From IMG/VR virus record IMGVR_UViG_3300018891_000001, positions 62,001-126,000 of that record: a stretch of 64,000 nt of DNA, one strand, 5' to 3'. Under the pieces are notes generated by a model. It was not told the DNA's origin, did no database searches, and saw only the letters and a list, made by a program, of their open reading frames with translations. Both the position numbers and the translations under genes were made by a program. This document shows, one piece after another, positions 1 through 12,100 of the stretch. The number at the start of each line of letters is the position of its first letter. Position 1 is the first letter of the stretch.

Positions 1-1
1 G

Positions 2-3000
2 GCTAATACAATCCCTGGTGGTCTGTTGCACTTGCGGGATATCTTAAATGTAAAAACCGCCCGAGAACAAGCAAGTTTTCGTATTTTTGAAAGAGGAACC
101 ATTCAAGCTTCTTTGAATGCCCATCGAGGATTTGAAATTACTGAACCTCTAAATGAAGAAGTTATCTTTGTGAATGGTAAATTTGTAAAGCTCTTTGACT
201 ATGATGCAATTAATAATAATGCTCCCTTAGAAATCTTGAATCCAAAGCGAGACATGTTCCTAACATCTTCTCAGTTTGGTTCAATGGGAAAAATGCATCG
301 TCATATGTCAGGACTTATGACAGATAACGAATCTCCTCGGAATATTATATCTTCTTTCTTTGATATCGGACGACAAGATAAAGATAGTGTCTTTATCCAA
401 GGTGTGAGTGTCTTTACGAAGTTTTTTAAAGACGATTGGGAACGAAATAAAATGAAATCATTCATTAAATACGGGATTAATACCCCAGAGGATTTTTTTG
501 AATTGAACACATATTTCCGATTGAATACAAAAGGGTTTAGTGCACGGTTATTAAATAATTTAAGAGGACACTTGCCTCGATCTATAGAGGAATTTATTGA
601 AAGGGAAAACGTTAATTTTTCAAGACAGGAAGATATCTTAAAACTATTTAGTCATATCGGTGAGAAGGAAATCAAGCGAAAGGGTAGCCCTTATACGGAG
701 CTTGTCACATTGTATCGACAATATCGTCGCAATCCAGATGCCGTATTAAATCGAAAAACGCCTGTTGGAGAAAGTAATCCGATTTTAGGGCACCATACTC
801 ATATTCAGACTGGATATGATGTGATTCATCAGCAAACCAGCTTATATCTCTTGCAAGAAATGTTGATGGCTCGGCCGGGAAAAGGGATTTATATAGACCT
901 TGCCAATCAGTTTCGAAGAGAACTGCAAGGATTGTATTACGACGGTAAAATTTTTAAAGATGAGTTACAAAAAGCAGAAGAACTATTAAATTACAGTATG
1001 TTTCGTTCTCAAGGGTTTGATTTTTTCGAGAATCGAAATGCAGCTTTAAATCGTGTTAGTTACTTATTCCAACATAATGAAGAATTCCAGGATGCAATGA
1101 GAAAAATGGTTCGGCGCACTAACCCAATGTGGGAACGCTTCTCGGAAATTCGTCCAATTAACCAAGTGGAAGATGAATATGTAGCTATTAGTAAATCAAA
1201 TATAGGAGGCATTTTTAATCGTATTATCGGATTAAATTCAAGTCTTAAAGAGCGAGCACAAGCAGCAGGAGAATTGTTCCGTCAATGGAGTCCATTTACA
1301 GGACGACGCAATATGGAAGATGTCACTCCATTTACCCTGTTTGGTGTGTATTATCCAGTATATCGCTTACAAGATGCACTCGGTAATGCAGGATTAGGAT
1401 TTTCCGATCAATCAATGGGAAATACCTTCCAAATGTTTTCTGCTCTTATGTGGAAGCGAATTTTCCCGGTGTATGGTACCGTAGAAGGCATAAAGTATAT
1501 GGATTGGAAAATGGATCAATGGACAGGAGAAGGTCTTGATGAGCGATGGGAAAACTATAAAGCACAATATCGTTTAGAGAAAGCATTGGAGCGAACACCG
1601 GAAGAAATCTATCAACTTAAACGGGAGCGAATGCTTCGACCAGGTATTGAACATTGGGAAGCTATGCCGGATGTTCACATTCCGGGAATCGGCCCTGTTG
1701 GAGCAGGAGATTTCTTAAATTTATTGTTTGCTCCGTTGATGGGTTATGCTCCTCTTCGAGAAGAAGATATGATGACTTACGATGAAACTCTCCATGATTT
1801 GTATTACGGAACGGAAGAAATCCGAAAATCCCGTTGGTGGCTCTTTGGTTCCAAGTCAGCATATCGTGGAGATCGGATTATTGAATTTGCTCCAAATTCG
1901 TTCCGTTTAGCACATAGCGATTATGAATGGACAAATACAAATGCAACCGGAGAAGAATACTGGAGTCATCATTTATTACCGACACTCGAAAATCCATTAG
2001 GAGGATTATCTTATCTTTTCGGACTTCGTGACCCATATTGGTGGGAGCGAAAACATTACTATGATCGTCCGTATTTATTAACAGGCGAATTGTTCAACCC
2101 GAACACGATGGTGTTAGGAGATATCGGCAATGCAACAATCGGACGACTCATTAAACCAGTGCAGGAAATGCATCCGGAATATTGGAGTGATCCAATCCTT
2201 ATTTATGAAAATGAAACACAGTATTTAGGGGATCGGCCAACAGAACCGGTTCGAACTCGAATTTCTCCCGGAGGTCGAATTGAACATGATGTTCTTGCCA
2301 CTCCTGCACAGTATGGAGTAACAGAGGGGATTCAGAAAATCGAAGTCGTAGATGAGGATGGAGAAGAAATCAGAGTAATGAATCCTGAAATTCTAACAAG
2401 AGGATCAAACGCAAGATATGTGATGACTCTTGAACTGGACGATGAAGGAAAAACAACAGGAGGATATGTGGCCACTGATTTGGAAGCCAATGAAAGTATT
2501 TATGTCCCTGCTAATATTGCACAAGAATTGACACTGGAAGAAGCATTCCGATATGCCGAAACAGAAAACCCACAGGGAACTCAAGTCAAAGCGGTGACGA
2601 TTTCTACTCATAATCCAAGCTATCAAACATTAGTTAGCACTCAGCCACGAGCCATGATGGATGAAGAATTTGCCTATCATCAAGACATTTTGTATCGAAA
2701 AATGGTGAACATTCAAGATCCACGAGATGGATCATGGAGATTGAGAGAAGGTTTTGAAAACTGGACAGAACCATTAGGTGTGTATAAATGGATTTTAGGA
2801 GACGAGTTGATTGGATACGACCCATATAAAGGTCAATCGGTTATTCAGCGAGCCGATGTAGCCTACAATGCATCCAATCGTTTCTGGGAATCCGAATTAG
2901 GTTCTCTTGGTTCTCAGTTGTCTGAGATTGGTCGTCGTTTTATTCGGCGGGATAGCTCACAATTAGAGAAATATAATCCTATTCGGAACACTATGCCAGA

Positions 3001-3133
3001 CTGGTTGCCAGGAGATAACTATTTTATTAATTTCCAAGTAGGAGATCCATACTCAAAGATTCCAAATGGAGAACGACGTTTACCGGGAGAGGCATATGAA
3101 GCTTTGCATGAACTTCATCCAGATGAGACTGGT
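2..3133 (+). CDS. Exon 1 (5'-partial) of a giant virion-associated protein, possibly tape-measure-like or ejected; joined to 4340-6184 after intron removal
   Basis: The frame is open from base 2 (ANTIPGGLLHLRD...), so the track start at 26 is not the true start. It ends ...ELHPDETG at GGT 3131-3133, followed directly by group I intron structure. The tape-measure-like call rests only on size and position upstream of the hub/baseplate genes. Confidence 0.7.
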
Positions 3134-4339
3134 AAAATATTTGCCTGTCTATAAACATGGCACGAATTGCTGGAAACCCCTTAGAGCCTTGCGAGCTACA
3201 ACGGAACCGGTAACGGTAAACGTGAATGCTTGAAAATCGCAAGGATTGGGCAATCAGCAGCCAAGCATCTCTGGAAACGGAGATGAAGGTTCAGAGACTA
3301 TCGAAAGCTCCTACTATATCTCACCCTGACGAAACATGATATAATGGAGCAAGTAGAGTTATTTTACAGTGATGTAAAATAACGGCGTGCCATTAATTGC
3401 AAGGAGGATGTGTATAATGAAGTCATTGCATCAAAATAAAGAATGGTTAGAAGAACAGTATTCAAAGTATGGGACATCAACAATAGCAAAAATGGTCGGA
3501 AGAAATGATAAAACAATACAATATTGGTTGAAAAAGTTTAATATACCAATGCGAACAAGAAGTGAATCAATGAAAATAACCGAAAATCGCATTCATACTG
3601 TTGATGTCGATTATTTTAAAGAAATTGATACGGAAGAGAAAGCATACTTTTTAGGTTTTCTTATGGCTGATGCGAATTTATCAATCAGAACTGATAATAA
3701 ACATGTAGAAACAAAAAGCATAGATTTGACCATTCATAAAAGTGATGTTGAAATATTGATCAAATTAAAAAATGCAATTAAATGTAGCAATGAAATTAAA
3801 CCAAAAGGAAACAATATGAGATTAGCAATATATAATACACACTTTGCTGATAACTTGATTCATTGGGGTATTGCTGCAAATAAAACAGGGCATGAAGTTT
3901 TTCCAAATATATCCGAACATTTAAAGCACCATTTTTTAAGAGGATACTTTGATGGTGATGGATGTATTACTTGGAGTAAAAACGGGAGACTTCGAGGTAA
4001 AGTTCATTTTGTTAGCGGATATGAAATGATGAAAGGTATTAAAGATTTTATTGAGAGCAAAGGTGTACAGTATACAGATAAATCATTGCATCCTAAAAAG
4101 GGAGCAAATGCTTTTGAATTAGAAACAGCTACATTGCCAAATATAGCAAGAATATATGACATAATCTATAAAGATGCTACTGTTTTTTTAACCAGAAAGA
4201 AAAAACATTTTGATGCATTTATGGAGCAATATATTAATTCTCCTATTGCAATTAAAAGATATAGTCCGACCTTATACCGAAAGGTATAAGAGGCAAGCAG
4301 AAATGACTTGCCCCTCCTTTATTGGAGAGTAACAATGTG
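3134..4339 (+). mobile_element. Group I self-splicing intron (probably subgroup IA) with endonuclease ORF in loop L8
   Basis: P1: exon ACTGGT pairs with intron GCCTGT, with U.G at the splice site. P3 is ATGGCACG 3157-3164 / CGTGCCAT 3386-3393. Core elements: P AATTGCTGGAAA 3165-3176, Q AATCAGCAGCC 3252-3262, R TTCAGAGACTA 3290-3300, S AAGATATAGTCC 4256-4267. P7 is GACTA/TAGTC with bulged A3295. P8 is TAATTGCAA 3394-3402 / TTGCAATTA 4246-4254. P9 is CTTATACC-GAAA-GGTATAAG 4271-4290. Terminal G at 4339; P10 is exon-2 AAATA with intron TATTT. Splicing restores the frame (ETG|KYG). Confidence 0.93.
3417..4289 (+). CDS. Intron-encoded LAGLIDADG homing endonuclease with N-terminal HTH-like region
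   Basis: Two LAGLIDADG-like motifs (YFLGFLMADAN and HFLRGYFDGDG) and an N-terminal HTH-like segment (TSTIAKMVGRNDKTIQYWLKKFNIP). AAGGAGG at 3401-3407 favours ATG 3417 over the track GTG 3387. Confidence 0.88.
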   Translation: MKSLHQNKEWLEEQYSKYGTSTIAKMVGRNDKTIQYWLKKFNIPMRTRSESMKITENRIHTVDVDYFKEIDTEEKAYFLGFLMADANLSIRTDNKHVETKSIDLTIHKSDVEILIKLKNAIKCSNEIKPKGNNMRLAIYNTHFADNLIHWGIAANKTGHEVFPNISEHLKHHFLRGYFDGDGCITWSKNGRLRGKVHFVSGYEMMKGIKDFIESKGVQYTDKSLHPKKGANAFELETATLPNIARIYDIIYKDATVFLTRKKKHFDAFMEQYINSPIAIKRYSPTLYRKV

Positions 4340-6184
4340 AAATACGGAGCTTTTGATAAATTTAAAATTTTGGCAGATGTGGCTCCGTGGAGTGATGAAT
4401 ATAAATTCTGGAGTCAATATCTCCTAGATAACTTAGAAGATCCGGAATTGCGACAAGAAGCAGCCGAAATCCGCAGACAAGTCTCCATGCGGAAACAAAA
4501 ATATGATTTTCAACCATACCGATTTAAAGGACAAAATCTCGTATATGAAGAAGTAACTGTAAAAAAGTTTTTAGATGATTACACGTTTTTAACTGAAGAA
4601 TTCGGAGATCAGCCAATCCGAATTGCCGGAGTAGAATATCGCAAAAAAGCATCAGGAGTACTGCAAAATTACTTCCAAGAAGGAGACAAAGTGGTTATTG
4701 GAGTTGCCGCTGATCCAACGCAACGAATTGCTAATGACACTTACGGAACGATGCGAGCCGTTATTTTTAATGAATTAGGAAATATCAATCAAGATATTAT
4801 TCGTCGTGGTCGCATGGTCGAAAACCTGAATGATTTCTCTCCTGCGGGCGTGCATGCTCGTTTTACTCCGGAGGAAATTCGAAGAGGGGCACGATGGGAA
4901 ACAGTAGCTCATGCAAGTACACCATTGAATACCAAGTTCTTGCAAGTGCGAACCGCTTTAGAGGAATACGAACGAGATCAGATTTATGGAAAAGACTGGG
5001 CAACATGGGAAAACTTCATGCTAAGTGACTATGTTATCCCAACCTTGCAAGGATTAGGACGTTTTGATAGTCCATTGTGGTCCATGGCAGCAGGAGCCGT
5101 AACCGGACTTGTTCTTGGTCGCTTCTTTTTACGAGGAGGCCGACCAACCAAAATTGCTGCAATATTAGGAGGATTGTATGGTTTAGGCTCTAATTTCTTC
5201 TTTAAATACTATGAAAATAAGCATGGTGAAGCGTGGATTCCAGAGCGTCGAAGAATTGAACATGAAATCAATGAGTATTTCGATATCTTAAAATACCTCA
5301 AATACGAGGGACTCTATCAAAAAGCAAGAGAAGAAATTGCTCATGCCACGGGATATGATATTGAAGATTTGGCTCAATTGATTCAAAACCAAAAAGAATT
5401 AAACAAGCAACGAAAAGAGGAACTGGAGGCAGAAAAGAAACGGCTTTATATTGAGCAGCCAAAAGGATGGGAAAAGCGCAGAGAAGAGATCAATCAAGAA
5501 CTAGAAACAATTTCTTTAGATTGGGAAAATCTCTATTTGCCAGAAGCCTTCTTGCAAGCATTACAGTATCGACAAGAGCGTGATACCACATTATATGCGA
5601 TAGATCCATATGGTGATCGTTTGCAAGTCATGAGAGCTTTTCCGTACAAAGACAAATGGTTCTTTAATGCGTTTGTTGAAGCGAATCAAGAAGAACGAGA
5701 ACGTATTTTGGAACTAGTTCCTGAAAACCAACGCCGGATTTATAAGGCTATTTGGGGAATGGGGCTTGAACCTCAAAAGCCTCTAGAGTATTACATGCAA
5801 AAATACCGAATCCCTGATTGGACTTGGGAAGGCTGGCGACCGGAATATAATTTGGAAGACATTAAAGTCAAAGTAGTTCAAGAATATGGATTAGATTTGT
5901 CTGATTTCAATTTCTGGGAGGATGATGTAGAAGCCTCTCAATACGTTCCAGACTTGCATCCAGATGGAAATGAGTTTAAAGGTGAACCGGCTTCCAACTT
6001 TACTGGCTTTCAAGCATTGCGACAAAATCTGATTCATATTCTACAAGGATATGGCTTGCAAGATGTTCGTGTTACCGTATATCCATCCACTGGCTCTGAA
6101 ACCAATGTTCATTTCACCTATACTGAAGACCGAAGTGAAGAGATTGAAGAACATCTCCGCAAGTATGGAAGCCGATATGTGTAA
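4340..6184 (+). CDS. Exon 2 of the giant virion-associated protein; contains a degenerate SNase-like region and a Gly/Ala-rich hydrophobic hairpin
   Basis: In frame with exon 1 after splicing (KYGAFDKFKILADVAPWS...). SNase-like pattern at ~4547-4815; hydrophobic WSMAAGAVTGLVLGRFF...IAAILGGLYGLGSNFFF at ~5078-5205. Confidence 0.75.
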   Translation, partial: KYGAFDKFKILADVAPWSDEYKFWSQYLLDNLEDPELRQEAAEIRRQVSMRKQKYDFQPYRFKGQNLVYEEVTVKKFLDDYTFLTEEFGDQPIRIAGVEYRKKASGVLQNYFQEGDKVVIGVAADPTQRIANDTYGTMRAVIFNELGNINQDIIRRGRMVENLNDFSPAGVHARFTPEEIRRGARWETVAHASTPLNTKFLQVRTALEEYERDQIYGKDWATWENFMLSDYVIPTLQGLGRFDSPLWSMAAGAVTGLVLGRFFLRGGRPTKIAAILGGLYGLGSNFFFKYYENKHGEAWIPERRRIEHEINEYFDILKYLKYEGLYQKAREEIAHATGYDIEDLAQLIQNQKELNKQRKEELEAEKKRLYIEQPKGWEKRREEINQELETISLDWENLYLPEAFLQALQYRQERDTTLYAIDPYGDRLQVMRAFPYKDKWFFNAFVEANQEERERILELVPENQRRIYKAIWGMGLEPQKPLEYYMQKYRIPDWTWEGWRPEYNLEDIKVKVVQEYGLDLSDFNFWEDDVEASQYVPDLHPDGNEFKGEPASNFTGFQALRQNLIHILQGYGLQDVRVTVYPSTGSETNVHFTYTEDRSEEIEEHLRKYGSRYV

Positions 6185-6199
6185 AAGGGAGTGGATTAC

Positions 6200-9100
6200 A
6201 TGAATGAACCATGGAACCAAACACCAGAAGATATCCGAGTGAATATTGTATTACCTAAATCAAAAGATTTAAAAGTCGTTGCCGTTTCCGATCCGGTCTA
6301 TTATCAAGACCGGACGGATCCCGAATATGAAAAACGAATTACTCGTCATATTGATTTTCTGAATCGGCAATCGGCAATTTTAGAACGGGATAAAAACTCG
6401 TTGGCTCTTGAAATGCAAGAACTCATGCGTAAAAAAGAGACGATAATTTATGATGGACAACGAGTATATCGCTTGTTTCATTCCTTAAATCAACGACACA
6501 ATCAACAAACTTTAGAGCTATTTGAAGAGTTTTATCGTAGCCTAAAAAATAATCAAAATCATTATATTTTTGATATCGAAACATTTGGAGATGTTCATGA
6601 TCGACAAAAACCATACAGCATTTCCGAGATTTCAATTAATGAATTTGACCGACAAGGCAATTTGGTTCGCAAAGGCTATAACACCGTTTTGCGACAAGAT
6701 CAAAAAACAGTAGATTATTTGCAGCAACTTATTGATGATATTCGAAAAGACAAATATGCTTACAATCGTTTAGAAGATTGGGAAAAACGGAGTCTAGTGG
6801 ATTTAATGCGTTATGCAAGCTATATGAGTGAGTATGATGAACATGCGTTTTCTCATAACCTTAAAACTCAAGAAATCCAACATCATTCCATTATTAAATC
6901 GGTGTTTGACCACCAAGACCAAGTGCATCATGGAAAGGTATTACGTAATATTGACCAATATCTTTTGTATATGCAATCAGGACTTGATTATCTAAAAAAA
7001 CATGGTACACCAGTGCAAACAGCATTAAAACAGATCGAAAAATTATTTCAAGAGAATGCGGATCGTTTTTTCCTTACTTATAACGGGTTAGTCTTTGACT
7101 GGCCAGTGTTAAAAGCTTTTGCAGAAAAACATGGGGTCACTTTGTCATCTATTAAACATCTTGACTACTTAAATGCCATTCGAACCGTATTTTCGGACTC
7201 TGATGTATTAAAACGAAGAATCAATCCAGATTTTCAGCGGAGTGCATACAGTAAAGATAAACTAGCTGCTATGCGTCAAGCATTAAATTTAGAAACACAA
7301 GATGAAGCGCACAACGCACAAATTGATACACATGACACAGCAAAAGTGATAGCTGCTACCTATGAACATCTTCATCAAGAAATCCAAAATTCGAAATTTC
7401 CGATTCGAGAAGGATTCAACTATCATCCTACGTATTTAACATGGAATGATGAGCCTCTTCGTCACGGACAAAAACTATTTGCCATTGGAGGAGCAATGGC
7501 CGTACAAGATGGAGACGAATCTTTCCGAGTGACCTTAGATGAAAATGGAAAATGGGTGCCTGTCACTAATGATTTCAATAAAACCGTCATTAATAGTAAA
7601 ACCTTCTATGAATTTGCTGGTATGCAGAAATTAGAAGAAGGACAGCTGGCATTTCGATTTTTTGATCCAGACCGAAATGAATATGCCTATATTGTTCGTA
7701 GCGGAGAACATGCATTTCAGGAACTGCAAGACTTTGTACAAAGTCGTTTTTACAATTGGGATGGATTAGACCCTCAATATCAACGAGATATCTTGCACGC
7801 TGCTGAAGCAGACCGAGCCCGTCGTCGTTATCAGCGTTTCTTTAGTATGGATGGAGCCGGCAAAGGATTGGCAATTATAGATGGGGAAATCGTCGAAAAA
7901 GGGACAGCAGGTTTTTCTGGCTTAAAACGAATGATTGCCAATGCCGAAATCATGAAAACTCATTTAGAAAGTAAAGGAGCCCAGTATCGTGCCAAAGTAG
8001 AAGAACTCATAGCACAAGGAATGAGTCGAAATCAAGCCAAAAGAGAAGCACGAAAAATACGGGCACATCAATTGCCAAATCACCTAGATTTTGAAAGTTT
8101 ATGGGATGAAAGTCGGCAGAAATACGTTATTAATGAAGCAGAAAGAAAGCAATTCTTTAAAATGTATAAGCGTTTAATCGATGAACTTCCATATCTAAAA
8201 GAGGTAGTAGAAACCATTGATCAAGAATTTGCAGAAGAAATTCAACAAGCAGCTGCTATCAAAGATAACCGAAAACGACGCAGGGCTCTTATGGAGATTA
8301 ATCAAAAACGAGATCAAGCCCTTATGAATTACTATCGATACATGACAGATGCCGTGGGAGAACCTGAACAAGAAAGGACATTAAAAGAATTTGAAAATCG
8401 GCGTTTGGCTTTTTATGACCCGGAAGTAGACGATTATCGCACCTTGGATTTTACCACTGTCAAAAGTGCAAGAGATAGTTTATATCAATATGCTCGACGT
8501 GGCACAAAAGAAAGCCGTAATCAGCAAAAAGTGATGAAAGAGCGGTTAGATTTCCTTTTTCGTAATTTACAAACTCAGCATATCATTACTCCAGGTCAAT
8601 ACTCTTATTACTCCGATGTATTATGGAACACCGATTCGGTATGGCATGCAGCAGGAGAGATTGCTATCAATATGAGACAACGAAATAACGGAAAATATGA
8701 AACTACCTTAACAGAGCCATCCATGATTCAAAATCAAAATATTCAGCAGCTTACCAAAGAACAAAATCGACAGTTTATTCAAAGAGCTATCGAGGACACT
8801 CGTAATGCTCAATTGATTATCAATATGGACTCAGCAACAGGTAAGAAACTGATATTAGGTGAAGAAATAAGAAAAACATTAGAGATTTTGGATCAACAGC
8901 GTTTCTCACGACTAGAACCAAAAAACTATGAAGCATTAGAAGAATTGATTGCAAGTATTCGTAAAACTGATCGTACGAAACAAATTGCATTAGTAATGGA
9001 TACTCATTCTAATGATGGATTAATGAAAGCCTATGTCTATAACGGAAAAGATAGTATAACAGTTCGCAATCAATTAGCTCGAGGAACAACTCCTACACAA

Positions 9101-12100
9101 GCGTTAGAAATCGTCATGCCTTTGATTAATCAGGCCGGCACACATAAAGTAGGAGGCTTGGTATTAAATGCACATAATATAGCTGTTCGAGAAGGAAAAA
9201 ATATCGAGTTAATTTCAAGTGCCCAACATATTGCACGAGGATATGCTGATAGAATGGGATCTATTATGAAGGTATTCAATGAAGGAGATATAGAATGGGC
9301 CAATACACTCGCACGACGTACTCTTCGTAATCAAATTGAAAGCATGTCAGGAATCCAGAGAAATATGGAATTCGGAGAAAACGACACATATGTATGGGCG
9401 CAAAATCAGTCCGACATGTTAAAACAAGCACACGTCAAGCTAGGTAATGCTATGGTAGAAGATTTGTTTTACAACGGCTTTGAAGGTGTGCGACTAACAG
9501 AAAAAGATTTCTACGATCCGGATGATGTGTTTATAGATGACGGACATGGAAACCGAATCTTGCGCAAGGGTGTAACTTTAGAAGATGTAAAAATGGAAAC
9601 CAGCCACAAGATGCTGATGCTCATGCCTAAATGGGCAGAGGAACGGTTAAAGATTCCTTTATTTACATCTTCTGTGAAAGCTGAGCACGTATCCAAAGCG
9701 ATTTTATCAATGGAGGACATTCGCCAACTGATTCCTTATGGTACATTTTACAATCACGGCCGTGATAACGCTGTACAATATATGAATGCTTATCTAATTA
9801 ACTCTCAAACAGAAGAACGTTTAAGAAATATTAAAGGAGTCAGTCGGGATAGTTTATTGAAAACTCCTCGCCAACTAGAATATGAGTCTATTCAGCCTAA
9901 CAAAGTCAGCATGAATATGAGAATTGCTTATATGACGCAAGATGAACTACGTAAACGTGTAGAACAAATGATAAAAGATTCAAGAGGGCAACAACTTCTT
10001 TCCGAATTAGGATTTTTAGATGAGACAGGAAAACTTCAGTATGAAAAACTACCACGACTGTATGAGCAGCAGGGCATTATTGCTAAAGATTTAATGGATG
10101 CGTTAGAAGTCAATAATGAAAAGCGATATGACAAAGGAAAACGATTTGAATTAGAAAAAGGGTTGCAAATAGGTAGCACTATTCAACCAGGTCAGTTATT
10201 AGGATACCGAATCCATGATAATGGATACCGAGAAGCTATACGTTATGAAGGCACCAAAGTAGCCCAGCTTATTGATGGTGTGGAAGAAGGACGAGATTTA
10301 ATTGTACGTTGGCAAACCCAACCATTTAAATTTATGCTTGACGGCGAAAAAATGACCGATTCCCCCGTAGATCGTCGATTTATTGAATATCTTACTGGTC
10401 GAAATGACATTGTAGGGATTATTAACCCAGATGTGGCGAAACACCACGACTTTGGAATGTTAATGTCGGGGGAAGCTAGATTGCTAGCTGAAGAAATTAA
10501 AAAACTAAGCCCATCCAAACAAAAAACCGCTAGAAAAATTATTGAAAATGGTGGTATTGGGCTCAAGTGGAATCAAGAAATGGGCGGGTTCATTGATCAT
10601 AGTTTTGATTTGCAAATTGCTCGGGAACAATTTGATAAAGTATTTGAGCAACTCAACAAAGCCAAAATTCGTATTTCTCCAATAACTCCAACAGGATTGC
10701 GTATGGGTATTTTAGAAGGCCGTATGTCCAAAGTAGCCAATTATAGTAAAGTGATCGACCACAACGGAAGGCAAGTGATTGGCTATGAAGAAGGATATAA
10801 TGCTGAAACTGGCGAATACGAAGTTCGTAAAGTATATGCAGATGGCAGAGATGGAGTACAATGGGGACACCGAGAGATGGGGGTACTAAAGAGCTATGGG
10901 TTAGAGAAAACCTATCAACATGTTCATCAAATTATGTTGGAACAAGCTCAGCAAACTCATCGTCTCCAAGAAACTAGAGCCGTTGCTGAATCATTGCGAT
11001 ATCTGACACATGAGGATCGTATTCAAACAGAGGCATTGAACATAGAAGACTTTGACTCTCTTCCAGAAATGTATCGTAGTGAGAATACGTACAAAGGAAC
11101 GATTTTTGATCGTGAAAAAGTAAAAAGTTTAGTAAGCCAGTATAAAAATCATAATGCCATGAATGAGCATGGTTTCTGGCTAGAATTGCCTTCAGTAAAA
11201 CGTCCTGATGGTAAGCTCGATAAAGTTACGATCCGCATGGACGAGACAGGGACATTAAAAGAAATTGATAAAATCTTTATTCCATTTACGAAACTGGAAG
11301 GGGCACATGGCGATATCCATTTGCGGGATTTGCAAAAACAAATTGCTCGTATTTATGAAAAAGCGGAAGAAGTGCAACGAGCAACCAGTCTTCAAGATGC
11401 ACGAATGGCCCATCAAGAATTGCAGCAAGCGGTTCGAGGATATGTCAAACAATCATTTAAAGAACTCACCTCTTCTAAAGGTATGCTATTTGGAGATGTC
11501 TTTAAAACCCATATGAATAATTCGGCTTCAGGACTTTTTAAACTCATGGATTATCATACGTCTCAAAAAGTGATGGAAAAATGGGGAGAAGGAGAGTACA
11601 CGATTATTTCTGAAGATACTGCCAAGAAGATGGGCATTTACGATCGATTAAAAGCCGGAAACGAATTGTATGTAGCAAATGTCCGTTACCCAACATTCCA
11701 TGATGGAGCCATGCAGTTTACAAAACTCAAAATGGCCGACTGGGTAAAAGAGGGAGAGTTTCATACTACATCCTTTGCATCCATGCTTCAAAATGCAGAC
11801 TCTGACGGAGACTACTCGCATATTGTCTTTGTTGATGATAAAGACATTCAAGAAGAATGGAGAAGGGCACATGATCAAACACGACAAAAATTTGAAGAAC
11901 GATGGAGAGCACATTTAGAAAAAACGGACCCAACACACCCATCATATCAAGAAGCAAAACCGGTAAGTATTCGAGATACGGAAGCAAAGGGAGTAGCTGA
12001 TGAGCAATGGAAACAGTTTGTTTTGAAGCGAATCGGAAACAATGATCAAGAAACAGCATCTAAAATCGGTAAGATGACCATCGGACGAGCTTCCAACTTA

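Noticed and set aside
26-3154. Track ORF treated as a complete 1042-aa gene ending KIFACL
   Set aside because: The frame is open to the left edge and the last six codons are intron sequence; it is exon 1 of a longer spliced gene.
4322-6184. Track ORF treated as an independent gene starting at TTG 4322
   Set aside because: The first six codons lie in the intron 3' end (terminal G at 4339) and there is no good RBS; better explained as exon 2.
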